From the human T2T-CHM13v2.0 reference genome, Homo sapiens, in NCBI RefSeq assembly GCF_009914755.1, contig NC_060942.1: a stretch of 64,000 bases of DNA. One strand, 5' to 3'. Below are positions 14,401 through 28,069 of this stretch, piece after piece. Under the pieces are notes generated by a model. The model saw only the letters and a program-made list of their open reading frames with translations. It was not told the origin of the DNA and did not search any database. Position 1 is the first letter of the stretch, and each line of letters opens with the position of its first letter. The position numbers and the translations under genes were made by a program.

Positions 14401-14930
14401 TGCAGCCATTGGGATGAGGTTTTGAAAGTATGCTCTGGTGAAGCTCATGAAATCTTTTCTCCTAGAGTGTAAGCATTGGCTCTAGAGAAAGTGTCTGGGC
14501 ATGTTTCACAATGGTTGCTATTCCTCATCCTCTGCCAGAGGCACAAAACGCACATTCTCTGATTTTCAGCATGACAACCTGGTAGGATTTTTGGAGGGAA
14601 TGCCCAGGAAAATGTGAGAACTTCTCTAACACCATGACTTGTAGAAGTTTCTTATTTGAAAACTCAGCCTTCATCTATTTGTCAATTACTATTTAAGTGT
14701 TTCTACCAGTTTATTGCTCCAGTAGCTTCCAATTCATATAAGCACATCTCAACAGCTGGGTCTCTATGGGTGCACCTGTCTCTCTGGATTTAAGGGTGAT
14801 AGTTTACTCCACCCTTAATTCCGCTGATTAGTTGAAGAAAAAGTAATAAATTCACAGTTTGTTCAGCTATTTCTTCTTCTAATGATGAAAGAGGCAGCTT
14901 CCAAGGTCTTTACATATTGTTGCTGACATC
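11453..14930 (-). mobile_element. Old L1M fragments (antisense), including an L1MB-like 3' piece at ~12870-13640
   Basis: T-rich L1 antisense motifs (AATTGGTCCATTTTCATCTAAG, ATCAATATAGCTACCCCAG, ATATGGTAATTCTATGTT). Boundaries approximate. Confidence 0.7.
11716..12019 (+). mobile_element. MER1B-like hAT-Charlie MITE
   Basis: CAGGAATCCCCAACCCC start, internal TTAGATTCTCATAGGAGC...TATGAGAATCTAA palindrome, and AAAAAGTTTGAGGACTGCTG end. Confidence 0.88.
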
Positions 14931-16017
14931 AGAACTCTTAAGCTATTTTTCAAGCATAACCCTTCTCTCTTTGGAAGATATACTTTCTGCCAAATCCTAG
15001 GGATTCTGTGTTAATTCCCTAGCTGGGTATTTTCAGAGCCTCCATACACTAAATACTTCTACCACCATTGTATAGTCTGGATCAAAGTCCACAAAGGGTA
15101 GAGCAGCTGGCCTGTGGCATGGAGCTATTGCATTGCTTAATCTTGCCTTGGTAACTATGTGAAACCAGCAGCTTTCAGAGTCTATGAAACAGTGGACTGA
15201 AGCTATATTCCAAAGTATAATGTGTGTTGTCTCCAAAATAAACAAAGTTCCACCAAACTCTGTGTCTTTTTATTATTAGTAGAAGGTATGAGGTGCAGCA
15301 TCTTAACTTTTACATTGAACCGATGTGTGGGCTTGCGCTGGGAAACTGGAGTTTTGTGTCCTCCACCAAATATGAGGCTTTTCTCCTACTATCTTTCATC
15401 AATATATTAATTAGCATGATGTTCTTTGGAAGGTCAACATGATTCAGATGACTTTATACCATATGAGTACACAGAGTGGTATAATTAAAATGCCCTTTCA
15501 TCCAGACATCAAATATTTTTTTTTTTGCCATGTAATGGCAACCTGTTTTTTATTTCCCCTCCTCATGTGTACTGAGAACAAAGTATTTAATAAAGTGATA
15601 GCTGTATGCCAAGTATCTGAAGCCAGGCCCACCTGCTCTGCTAAGCATACAACAGGCAGTACAGCAAGGGCAATTGAGAGATGACCTATTTACATTCATT
15701 GTTGTCCACACTATTGAGCATGATCCATTGTTTCTGCAGCATCCACATTGTTTCTGGAGTAAATTAAACATGGCTATGATAAAATAATCTATCTCTGCAT
15801 TTTAAAAATATTTGAAGGGATATTAAGTTTTGTGACCCTAGTTTTGATTTATTCCATGAGTATGTGTGTGTATGGGGGATTTCATGGGCTTTCACTTGAT
15901 ATTTTTTAAGATAACTTTTATTTTATGGGGCAACAAATCAATGTGTGGCTTCTACCAGCCACTAGGTATATCTATTCCTTTATATTTTAAAATTAAAAGA
16001 ACTGTAGGGTAGTTGCT

Positions 16018-16403
16018 TTAGTTTATTTCTTATTGTTGCAATAACTTAATTTGAGGCTTAAAGCAACAACATATTTTCTGGAAGTCAGAACTACAAAATA
16101 GGTACTATGGGGCTAAAATCAAGGTGTTGACATCAAAATAATTTCCTTTTGAGACTTTGGGAAGAATATATTTCCTTGCTCTCTTCAGCTTCTAGAAGAT
16201 ACTACATTCCTTGGCATGGGTTCCCGCATCACTTTCACCTCTGTTTCCATTGTCACATCTTCTTTGTCTCTTACTGTCCTGCTCCATCTTTATGTATAAG
16301 GTCCTTTTTGATCATACTGAGCCCAGGTGGATAATTCAGGATAATTTCTCCATTAAAAACTGCAATTTAATCAGTTCTAAGTCCCTCTTGCTATGCAAGG
16401 TAA
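16018..16403 (-). mobile_element. MLT1 MaLR LTR
   Basis: GGCTTAAAGCAACA...GGGCTAAAATCAAGGTGTTG...GGATAATTCAGGATAATTTCTCC...GCAAGGTAA motifs. Confidence 0.75.
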
Positions 16404-16950
16404 TCTTATAGCAGGTAGCTTGTGAGGTGTGAGCAGAGCAGGAAAGGGTTCCTCACAACACACACACACCAGGAGTGTTGGGCAACCATCAGGTGATGGT
16501 CAGGCTGTTGTTAACTGTCTCTCTAAAGTACTAATTGATTACAGCCAGTGCCAGGGAAAGGCCGGCTCCTAATAAATAGAAAGCACCTGAAACTGATCAG
16601 CAGCTTCCCTATAAGATCTCAAAAGTGGGGAGAAGTAGTGCAAGATCTGCAAGTATGCCAACATATAAAATCCCAAGTCAAGAGGTCAGGCTGGGCACTT
16701 GGTTTCTGAAGTTGCCCACTTGGTCCTCTTCCAATTTGTACTTTCCTTGTTTTCTTTCCTTTCCTTCTTTTCCTTATTTTCTAAAGCTTTTTTAAGTAAA
16801 CTTTTCCTCCTGCTTTGAAACTTGCCTCTGTCTCTTCTTCTGCCTTATGCCCCTCAGTCAAATTTTTTCTTCTGAGGAAGCAAGAAGTGAAGTTGCTGCA
16901 GACCCATATGGATTTGCTGCCAGTAAGTAACTCGGGGTCTACCAAATGCC
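16404..16950 (+). mobile_element. MER50/MER87-group ERV1 LTR
   Basis: ACCATCAGGTGATGGTCAGGCTGTTGTTAACTGTCTCTCTAAA and GCCTTATGCCCCTCAGTC...GTTGCTGCAGACCC motifs. The 3' boundary is approximate. Confidence 0.7.
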
Positions 16951-18771
16951 ATTCTTGTTTTATTGCATAAATCAAGCAACACCACCATTAGCTACTTACC
17001 TATCTGAATGCTAGTGACTTCGAGATCTATTATCTAATACCATAAATTGTTGCAGGTCAGGAGAGCCTGCCTCCTGCTCAGGACAATTTGAAGTTATGTC
17101 CACCTAGCCCCTGGTGTTAAATAATACCACTTCCCCCTGTCTCCCTGTCATTAAGGACAAGGGCAAGTGACATCATCCCACTGTTATTTGAGAATCTATA
17201 TCTGTGGTAGAATATGTGACCTATGAAGGAAAACCATTCCCAAGCTTCTCAGAAATCCTGGTCCATTCCATAACAGTGCATTCTTTTTTGTCTTAATAAA
17301 ATTAGGATTCTCTGGACCACCCAAATAAATGTTAACAGACCAAATACAATAAATCAAGTAATTTATCCGGCCATATATAATGAATAAAGCCTAACATTAT
17401 CACTTCTAGAAGCTGTATAATCTTTTATTCAACACTGATATATAGAAGACTTGGTTTCTCCATTTAGTTTAATAGGGATCTTAATTAAGTCCATGCTTTG
17501 AGTAACCATCTATAAACGAATAGTACCAACTTCAGGTATCTTTGCCACAATATTTAAGTCATGAGTGAGTACCTTATTGTCAGTAGTTTACCATGTAGGC
17601 AGCCCTTATATTCTACATTTTTAACATCCTCTCCTACATATGTTTCCCTAGATCCTGTCTGTATATACTAAATAGGCCCAGAGATTTATTTGTTGACTTG
17701 GTAATTTCTTCCTAGAGAAGAGTTTATTTTTTATTCTCTGGCTAAACTGAGCTACAGGCACTGGATTGCAACAAGAAGGGAGGAAAACTGATGGATCTTT
17801 TGGAGAAAAACATCATTTATAAGGCACTTGCTTCTAGTGAGATTATTTTATGGTTCATAGTCAAAGAGTCACTGTTCTCCCACAACAAGGGAGAAGAAAA
17901 TATTTCAGGGAAATTTGGAGATTCAACATTTTCAGGTATCAAAGTGTCCTGTAACCTATAGTACTGGCAGGAAATCCTATAAGCTTCCAACTGGATAATG
18001 TGTGGAAGCAAGACAAAAGTATACCCTTAGTCTTCTACAAAAATATATTTTCATTTATACGTTAATACTTAAAATTAATATAAAATTAACAAAAATATCA
18101 GGAAATACTCTAAATAAATATATTTTAATTAAGATGTAAAGTATCCAGTTGACATAAATCTTCAGATCGAAGAGGTCTGATTTCTAAGGAAAAAGAAAGG
18201 CACATAAAGAGATGAAAATAGAATAGGTTTTAAAGGGAATAATGATGAAGCTCAGATAAAGGCATTATATAAAAAAGTAAAATTCATAAATAACTAAACT
18301 GCAACAGTAAAGGTGAACAACATAAGGGATAATGTAAAAAGCAAAATTGCCAGTGAGGCAATTCAGAAGGGTTAAATGGAAAACAACTATAAAATCTCTC
18401 CCAGAACAGAGGAACAGAAGTAACAAATCCAAAAAGTGGGAAAAAAGTCAAAAGAGGTAGAGAAAAGTGAATCAATGTCAAGCTTAATTCTAAATGTCTA
18501 AGGTGGATACCAGAATAATTTGAACTGATATTTAAATATTGTATTTGACATCATAGAATAACACATTTTCAAAATGGAAATAAGAGGACCATGCTCATGA
18601 AGATATTAAACTCTTTTAAAATATTATTTAAAAATAATTTCAAACTTAGAAGTTCATAAAGTAAGAATTGTAAATAGAACAGCATATGCTCTTTACAAAC
18701 TTAAGTATTGTTAAGGATACCCTATCCTGCTTCTCTTTCTTCCCCTTCTTTTCATTCCTGTCTTCATCCCC

Positions 18772-19125
18772 TGATATGGTTTGGCTGTGTCCCCATCCAA
18801 ATCTCATCTTGAATTCCCATGTGTTGTGGGAGGCGCCAGGTGGGAAGTAATTGAATCATGGGGGCAGGTCTTTCCTGTGCTGCTCTCATGATAGTGAAAA
18901 AGTCTCATGAGATCTGATGGTTATTATTAGGGGGAGTTTTCCTGTTCAAGCTTTTTATGCTTGCCGCCATCCGTGTAAGAGGTGACTTGCTTCTCTTTGT
19001 CTTCTGCCGTGATTGTGAGGCTTCCCCAGCCATGTGGAACTGTAAGTCCAGTTAAACCTCCTTCCTTTGTAAATTGTCCAGTCTTGGGTATGTTTTTATC
19101 AGCAGCATGAAAATGAACTAATACA
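18772..19125 (+). mobile_element. THE1B-like LTR
   Basis: TGATATGGTTTGGCTGTGTCCCC ... ATCAGCAGCATGAAAATGAACTAATACA. Confidence 0.92.
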
Positions 19126-19383
19126 GTAAATTGGTACCGGTAGAGTGGGATGCTGCTGAAAAGTTACACAAAAATGTGGAAGCAACGTTGGAACTGGGTA
19201 ACAGGCAGAGGTTGGAACAGTTTGTAGGGCTCAGAAGAAGACGGAAAAATGTGAGAAAGTTTGAAACTTTCTAGAGATTTGTTGAATGGCTGTGAACAAA
19301 GCTTGATAGTGATATGGACAATAAAGTCCAGGCTGAGGTGGTCTCAGATGGAGATGAGGAACTTGGGAACTGGGCCAAAGGTG
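19126..19383 (+). mobile_element. THE1 internal sequence, truncated
   Basis: GTAAATTGGTACCGGTAGAGTGGG...GGAACTGGGTAACAGGCAGAGGTTGGAACAGTTTG directly follows the LTR and then stops abruptly. Confidence 0.88.
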
Positions 19384-19515
19384 CTAGCTTCCATTAATGA
19401 AAATAACTTATACAAACAATGTATATTATAAAAAGCATTAGAAATTAACATTTATATAAAATTAGTTGAGATATAGATCTTATTCAGTTTTCAGCAACTT
19501 TTTTACATACACGTA

Positions 19516-19552
19516 TGTGTGTGTGTGTCTGTGTGTGTGTCTGTGTGCGTGT
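19516..19552 (+). repeat. (TG)n microsatellite, interrupted
   Basis: Direct reading. Confidence 0.85.
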
Positions 19553-20706
19553 ATGGTTCTATAAAGTTTCATCACATGTGTAGATTTGAATTGTCCCATC
19601 ACAACACAGAAATGCTCTTCTGTTATCTCTCAGTCCTCACCTCATTCCCATAACCATAAACCCTAGTAACCAGTTATTTATTCTTTATCACTAAAATGTT
19701 GTACTGTGAGAATGCTACATAAATGAAATCACACAGTATTTAACCCTTTGAAATTTTTCACCTAGTATAACGTCCTTAAGATCCACACAGGTTGTTCCAT
19801 ATGTCCATAGTTTGTTTCTTTAACAAATCCGACAGAAAGAAACGTGTCAAAGAAAGGAAAATGAAATAAAAAGATATAAATCTTTACCAGTTAAAGTTAA
19901 TTTTTTTATGTTTGCCAAATTTCAAAGTTGTGTGACGATGTCTGTATGTTGCTAGAGTTCCTCCTAGGATCTTGACAATTACAGACATCTTTCTCTCACC
20001 TTTTTTTGCAGGAAACTTAGAGCTATTCCTATGTAGATTATTGTAACTATGATTTGCCTAAATTAGAATTAATCTGATTTCACTCAGTGTTAAATGGCAA
20101 AGTTTTACAGATTGTAAAATGGCCACTGATTTGGAAAGATATATGATCCTTTAAATTGATTACCAAGGAAAGTAAATTAAAACAATAAAAATAAAGAACA
20201 TTGATTTGAAACAAATGCCAACTCTGAACATCTTTAGGAGATAATTCCTGGGATAAAACTTTTCCATTTTCTTTACTTTGTCCATTATTGGTTTATTTAA
20301 AAATTTTCTTAGCTTACTGCATTAAACTTATCTACTCTCAGTAGTTTCTAAAATTAATTTAAATATCTAGAAAAATCTAGATGAGCTAGATTTTTAAAAA
20401 TATTTTAGTTTGATTAATTCAACTCCCTTAGAGAGTTTCAGTTATCATAATAGTTATAAATGCTGTCTAAAGATAGAATAACTGCTAGAAACTTAAGAGA
20501 GTCACACTATAATTTAACAATAAAACTGCTTTTGAGTTAGACTAAACTTACGTAGTTATCAGGCTGAAATATTGCAGCAGTTGCCACAGGCAACCGTGCA
20601 TGCACATAGGCAAAAAGAAAAAGAGTTATCTGTTGCTAATTAACTGAACCACATATTTCTTCTTCCTTCATTTTTTTTCTAATTACTTTTTTTGTTTTAA
20701 TTTTCT

Positions 20707-21052
20707 TTTTTTATTATACTTTAAGTTTTAGGGTACATGTGCACAACATGCAGGTTTGTTACATATGTATACATGTGCCATGTTGGTGTGCTGCACCCAT
20801 TACCTCTTCATTTACATTAGATATATCTCCTAATGCTATCCCTCCCCCATACCCCCACCCCACGACAGGCCCCGGTGTGTAATGTTCCCCTTCCTGTGTC
20901 CAAGTGTTCTCATTGTTCAATTCCCACCTCTGAGTGAGAACATGCGGTGTTTGGTTTTTTGTCCTTGCAATAGTTTGCTGAGAATGATGGTTTCTAGCTT
21001 CATCCATGTCCCTACAAAGGACATGAACTCATTCTTTTTTATGGCTGCATAG
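20707..21052 (-). mobile_element. 5'-truncated L1PA (L1PA3-5-like) 3' end
   Basis: TTATTATACTTTAAGTTTTAGGGTACATGTGCACAAC...; TSD TTAATTTTCT at 20697-20706 and 21053-21062. Confidence 0.93.
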
Positions 21053-23993
21053 TTAATTTTCTAAGTGCATAAAGAATAAGCTTTGTGGATTTTGTGATCT
21101 AAATACAGGGAATAAGTCCATTGAAATCACCAGTGCATTGTCCTGTTGTATTTAATAATACAATATATAGCTAATACATATTTAAATGTACTAATTTAAT
21201 AAGCATTGTTTTAAAAAATCTTTACAGCATAATATAAAATCCAATAATTTTCTTATTCACTATTACCATTATATAATCACATTGACATTTTTTCTGCACT
21301 GTTTTAATTAATAAATAATGGCTAATTCTTGTTATTGTTTTGGATTTAGTTGAAATAATAGGTAACACCAAATTTCTATGACAAAAATATCTGAAACAAT
21401 CATCAAAACATTTGTATAATTAATATATTAATTTGCATGCATGATAATATTTAATTTGCAGTATTATTAGACTGAATACTTAGGACAAACTTGAGTAAAT
21501 TTAACTTAATCTGATTTATTTCCATTCAGTATCATTTTAAATTTAGAAAAATAGTAAAACTTCAATCAAAACAGGAGCCAATTATATTTTGGGTCAGATT
21601 ACTCTCTCCATTTTATTCTGTGATAAGAGGAATTATTTTAGTGTCACTTTCAAAAGCATCTTGCTTTGTCATACTTTCATTTGTTAGAGAAGCATTTATT
21701 ATGATGCATCAAGGTTAACACTATGACAATTACTTATTTAAATTGATTGTTCCCAGAAGACAGTTTAAATGGCTTTGATGATTCCCATTGAGCTACAATT
21801 AAGCATGGTAATTGTGTTATATTTTGCTCTATAATGATATAGCTTCCCAAACCTGAATGATATCATATAAATTAGGAATGGACATTATAGCTGACAGCAT
21901 ATAAAAACTCTTCAACCTAAGAATTATTAACATTCTTAATATTTAATAAAGAAAAGAGTAAAATTATTATTTAGTGTGCTATTGCCAAATATCAAATTTA
22001 ACTGAAGAGACATAGACATTTAGCAGGATTGCTTTGATTTCTGTCTTTATCATTCTTAATTTCTGCTCCCTCTCCCTCCGTACTCATCTTACACAGCATT
22101 GCATTGCAAGACTCTGTCTCCAATTTTATCTATTCTTTGCAGGATTTTCTTCTTTTGTTATATTTCACTCACCCAGAATTTTGCTGCTATTTCTTGTATG
22201 ATGAATTACACATTTACTTATTTTTTCCTCTTGAGCTCTAAATCCATATATCCACTACTCTAGTAGATACCCTCTCCTGTACTTTTACAAATGCCTTAAA
22301 ACTCCTGGTTTCTCTTCCCTCAAATATAACCCTTTCCATTCATCCTGCTAAATACAACAGAAATCAAACCCTGGAGATTAATCTCCCTAAAAATAGGTCA
22401 CATATATTACCTATTTAAAACTGCCATACATCTCCATAACCTTAAATAGCTATGTCAATAAAGCACTTAACAGCCTATACTGGCTACTTCCAACCCAACC
22501 ACCAAAGATTTTTTCTGATGGTTTTCTATGAACCCAATGAACATGCTAGCAAAAACATAAACATTTATCTATGATTCAGGCATATGTTGCTCCTACTTCA
22601 TTTTATTTTGGCTACTAATGCTTAATAGCCTACCCTTGATATTTTTTCTAATTATTTTGCCAACTAAATTCCGCTTTTATCTGAGCTGCAACTTGAATTT
22701 TTACAGATATAATGTAATTCCTCCCAGTTTTATGTTTTATCTTTCTTTCCTGAAAAAAAAAATTATAGCATGCAATCTTATTGTATCATTATGTAAAGCT
22801 TTCTACACTTTTTAGTAAAAAAAACTAGAAAATGATACAAATTGAACTTAGATAATTTCTATAATATATTCATAACAACATGCATATAAATATATGGAGT
22901 GTGTTATACATTGTGTTTGAGCATGTGCATGAATTTGAAATTAGCAAAAATTGGAAATACAGCATACATGAGATCTTCCATTTATCAAACCATAATATTG
23001 CACCAGTACTCTTGTGGACTATTTTATTTTTTCTGTTACTCCTATTGCTATTGTGTAAATTACCTTTTCATTTTCCTAGATTCTGCTTTTAACCATATTT
23101 CTGGAATTTTAAATTTGCCATTAAATTTTTTAAGCAATTTTAATCTTCAATTCTGAATACATCACAAATTATAAGTCAGATTATTTAGGTCTCTGTATGT
23201 TAAAGTTGATTCTTAATTGGCAATATTAATAATTCATAGTAGTTGATTAAAACAACTACTTACCCTTTTTAAACTTATTTTATATATGTAATTACAATAG
23301 AAAGTTATTTGCATCATGGTAAGTCACTTTTAAAATTTTCTGAAAGATTTAGTATTTAATCTACACATTTTAGTTTATTTTGTAGACTTTTGAAATGTAA
23401 TTTAAATATAAGAATCAATTTTAAAGTTTATAATTTGATTAATTTTGGCATATATTTCAATTTGTGAAGCCTGATTTTGAAATACATAGGGTTTAAGTGA
23501 GTGTGGGCACTAAATGGTTATTGTTGCTAAAATACAGAGCAGCAGAGCCAAACACCAAATACATAAGCACTTGTCCACTGCTGTGAAAGAGAGTGAGCAC
23601 AAGGTAGGCCAATTAGATTCCTGCTGTTTTTGAACATATTTTCTGTTTGCTCACATTCAAACTCTTGTTTATCTTTCTCCCAGTGTTAGAATCCTCCTAC
23701 AACAATACCCAACTGTCAAAATGCTCCCAATTTGTCAATGTCTAAATCAAATCGTGGCTTGTCCTTGGAGTCCTCCTTTATGTCCTCCTAAAGATGTTCT
23801 ATCATCCATCTTTTAACTCCCATAGTGTGTTAGCTGGCTTTTTTTTTTTTTTTTTCTGGATTTAACCAACACAATTTTTGGAGGCAATGGTGGGTTTATG
23901 ATGTTTTTTTCAATAGAAAAAGAATTTAGTAAGTAGCTATAAAAGAATACATATTTATTTGTATTATTCATGTAAATAAATACATGAATCAAT

Positions 23994-24399
23994 CTATTAG
24001 TCAGCTCAGGATGCCATAACAAAATGCCACAAGCTGGATGGCTAGGACAAGAGGTGTTTATTTTAACACAGCAAAGCAGGCTAGAATGCCATGATTTAAG
24101 TGACAGCATTAGGTATCTAGTGAGGGCTCTCTCCCTGGCTTGCTGAGGGCCACCTTCTCTTTGTGTCCTCTCATGCCCTCTTATCTGTGCATGCAGAGGG
24201 AGACAGAGGGCCCTGGTCTTTCCTCTCTGCCACTTCTTATAAGCACAACAGTTCTAACTATTAGAGTCCCACTTTTATGACCATATTTGACCTCAATTAT
24301 CTCCTTATAGTTCCTATCTTCAAAACCAGTCACATTTGGGTTTATTCAACATAAGAATTTTGTACATTAATTTTAGGAGCATATAACTCAGTCCATAAC
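23994..24399 (-). mobile_element. MLT1A-like MaLR LTR
   Basis: TATTAGTCAGCTCAGGATGCCATAACAAAAT...GTGAGGGCTCTCTCCCTGGCTTG...TCAGTCCATAAC. Confidence 0.8.
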
Positions 24400-24699
24400 T
24401 ATCAGCAATGGGTTTACTTCACCATGCACTTATATTTTTGGTTTACAAATATGTATTTTTATTAAATTAACTCTTTCTAATTAGAGAATCATCAAACCAG
24501 GACAATTTTTCCTGTTTATAACATGATTTATCACTCTGTGTAGCTAAACCTTTCCAAATAAACTTTGTAGCAAGTCCGTCTAAACCATATCACATCTACT
24601 TAGCCAATATATTAGCCAAGACCACTGATAATTAAAACATGTCCTATGGAATCTAGAACATAAGGTAATACTGGTGTCCAGGAAATAATAATTTTAAAA

Positions 24700-26400
24700 A
24701 TGTATTTTTAAAAATTGACCTATAAAATTTGATGAATTTATTGTGTACAACATGATGTTTTGAAGTATTCTTACAGTGAGAAAGCTTAACATCCAGTCTC
24801 TTAGCATTTTTCAAGAATATCATGTTCTGTCATTAACTATAGTCACCATGCTGTACAATAGATCTCAAACTTATTCCTCCTATCTAACTGTTAATACACA
24901 TCCTTTGACCAAAATCTCCCTAAGCCCCCTCCTCCCTAATCACTCAGCCTCTGGTTACCACCATTCCTTTCTCTTCTTCTATAAGATCAACTTTGTTAGA
25001 TTTCACATTTAAATAGGTTCATGTAGTATTTGTTTTTCTGCACCTGGTTTATTGTACTTAACACAAGGTCCTCCAGGTTCATCCATGTTGTAGCAAACAA
25101 CATAATTTTATTCTTTTTTATAGCTGAATAATATTCCATTGGATATAAACAACATCTTATTTTCCTAGTCATCTGTTGATTCAACACACTTACCTATTAG
25201 GTTGATTCCATATACTGGTGATTTTGAATAGAATTGCAATAAATACGCAAGTGCAGATATCTCTCTGACATACTGATTTTATTTTGTATGCATATATACC
25301 CAAAAGTGGGTTTGCTGGATCATATGGTAATTCTATTTTTAATTTAATTTTTTGAGAAGCCTCCATAACATTTGTCATAAATGCTATTCTAATTTACATT
25401 GCCACCAATAATATGCAAGTATTCCCTTTCTATCCACACTCTCATGAATATCAGTTCATCTTTAGTGCTTTTTGACAATAGCCACTGTAACAGGAGTGAG
25501 GTACTATTTCATTGTGGTTTTCATTCCATTTCCTTGATGTTGAGCATTTTTTTTACATGTATATGTTGCCATTTGTATGTCTTCTTTCAAGAAATATATA
25601 TTCAGATCTTTTGCTCATTTTAAAAATTGGGTTATTTGTTTTTTTGATGTTGAGTTGTGTACATTCCTTGCATATCTTGAACATTAACCACTTATCAGAT
25701 ATACAACTTACAAATATCTTCTTCCATTCTTTAGGTTGTCCCTTCAATCTTTCATTGTTTCCTTCGCTGTGCATAAGCTTTTTAGTTTGATGAAATCCCA
25801 GCTGTCTATCTTTGTCTTTGTTGCCTGTACTTTTGAGGCCATAACCAGAAAATCATTGCTAAGACCAATGTCATGAAGATTTTCCTGTGTGTTCTTCTAG
25901 TAGATTCATATTTGGGGTCATAAATTAAAGGCTTTAATCAATTTTGTGTTGGTTTTGCATATAGTGAGTGATAAACATCTAATTTCACTCTTCAGCATGT
26001 GAGTATCTGGTTTCCCAATGTCAATTATTGAAAAACCTGTCCTTTCCCCATTGTATGTCCTTGGCACATTTGCTGAAATCAACTGGCTATAAATGTGCAA
26101 ATTTATTTCTGGGTCTCTGTGCTGTTCCATTTGTTTATGTATCTGTTTTTAATGCCAGTACTATGCTATATTGCTTACTAATAGAGTTGTAGTATATTTT
26201 CAAGTCGGCTAGGGTGATACCTCCAACTTCTTCTTTTGGCTCAGGATTACTTTCACAATTTGTGTACATTTTGTAATTCCATATGAATTTTAGAATTTTT
26301 TTATTTATGTGAAGAATGCCATTGGTATTTTAATATAAATTACATTTAATCCATATGTCACTTTGGGTAATATAGACATTTTAATAATGTTAATTTTATT
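24700..26400 (-). mobile_element. L1MA-type LINE, 3' UTR and ORF2 C-terminal region
   Basis: ORF-track fragments on the minus strand (MEYYSAIKKNKIMLFATTWMNLED, LKIELPYDPANPLLGIY, QPKEWKKIF) match L1 ORF2. Confidence 0.9.
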
Positions 26401-26646
26401 TTAATTCCTTATTAAACTTAAATACATCAGTCAAGTTAGGCACACACAAAACAAACAAATTAAATGAATAAATAAAACAAAAAGGAAATCTGCTAGGGAT
26501 TTGATTAGAATTACATAGGATCTACAGATTGGTTTGGAAAAACTGACACTATCAATCTCCCAATTCTTTTAACATGGCATAAAAATTTAGTTATTTGTTT
26601 TATTTTAATCTATTCAATAATAAATTATACTTTTGTGTGTAGAAAT

Positions 26647-27005
26647 TGTATTAGTCCATTCTCACACTGCTGTGAAGAAATACCCGAGACTGGGTAATTT
26701 ATAAAGAAAAGAGGTTTAACTGACTCACAGTTCCACATGGCTGGGGAGGCCTCAGGAAACTTACAATCATGGTGGAAGGCACTTCTTCACAGGGCGGCAG
26801 GAGAGAGAACGAGTGCCAGCGGGGGGAATGCCAGACACTTATAAAACTATCAAATCTCATGAGGACTCAGTATCACAAGAACAACATGAGGGAAACTGCC
26901 CCCATGATTCAATTACTCCTACTGAGTCCCTCCCAAGATAGATAAGGACTATGGGTATTACTATTCAAGATGATATTTGGGTAGGGACATGGCCAAACCC
27001 TATCA
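26647..27005 (-). mobile_element. THE1C/D-like solo LTR
   Basis: TGTATTAGTCCATTCTCACACTGCT ... GCCAAACCCTATCA; near-matching 5-bp TSD GAAAT/GAAGT. Confidence 0.9.
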
Positions 27006-27806
27006 GAAGTATTGAAAATTTTATTTGATTTTTGTTGATTTTAGAATTTTTATAAATTACTAAATTTAACATGTTATGTTCTTACTTGTTGCTGATACAT
27101 ACAAATACAATTGTTATCAGTATTTTGATGTTGATTTTTCTACTGTGGTATTACTCTAACTTTTAAAAACTGATCCTGTTTCAGGGTTCTTATCCCTCAG
27201 ATATTTATATGCCTCACTTCCTCACTTAATTCATGTCTCAGTTCAAATGTCATCTTTTCAAATATTGTCTCCTTAAAAAGGTTTTAGTTGACCACATTTG
27301 TATTGACTGTACTTTATTTTTTATCGTAGAACTTATAACTTAGCAATGTATTATAAACCTGATATTTTTGTCCCTCTAACTCAACAAAATACAAGTTCAA
27401 TAAGGTCAATGACTTTGTCTTGTTCTCCACTGTGTTTCCCAGAATCTACTGCTGGAATATCATAAGGATTCAGTTATTTTCTGATTGAATAAATCACCCA
27501 GTAATTTAATGTCTGCGTTTCTGTTGCCAGTTCAAAAAAAGACACATATTTATCTCATAATATTCAGGCTGTTTGTTTTAGGAGTCAATCCTAAGCAGTG
27601 TATAGAACAAAAAATAAATACACTTTTGAATGAATGATGAGAAATGCTTTTGTAAAGAAAGTCAAATAAAAAGTCAACTGTTTTCCTTTTCTGATTTTAG
27701 ATATAATTAAAAAGATGAATAAAGCATTCATCTAAGTGAGCAAATATACACATTATTATAAAATAAAGTATGAAACTAAAATATCTAAGTTTTTCAAAAT
27801 CAGAGG

Positions 27807-28069
27807 CAGGAAGGGCATGGTGACTCATTCCTGTAATTACGGCACTCTGGGGGGCTGAAGCCAGAGAATCTCCTGAGGTCAGGTGTTTGAGACCAGCTTG
27901 AGCAACATATTAAGACCCCATCACTACAAAACATTACAAAATTATCTAGGAATGATGACATGAGCCTAGGCATTCGATAGCTGCAGTGAGCTATGATCAC
28001 ACACTTTACTCCAGCCTGGGCAAGTTGTAAGACCTTGTCTCTGAAAAACAAGCAAACAAACAAACAAAT
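27807..28069 (+). mobile_element. Old AluJ-like SINE with right-arm deletion
   Basis: Diverged left arm, GCTGCAGTGAGCTATGATC, (CAAA)n tail. TSD AAATCAGAGG at 27797-27806 and 28070-28079. Confidence 0.85.

Noticed and set aside
20371-20395. 10-bp inverted repeat AAAAATCTAG/CTAGATTTTT
   Set aside because: Short and AT-rich; expected by chance.
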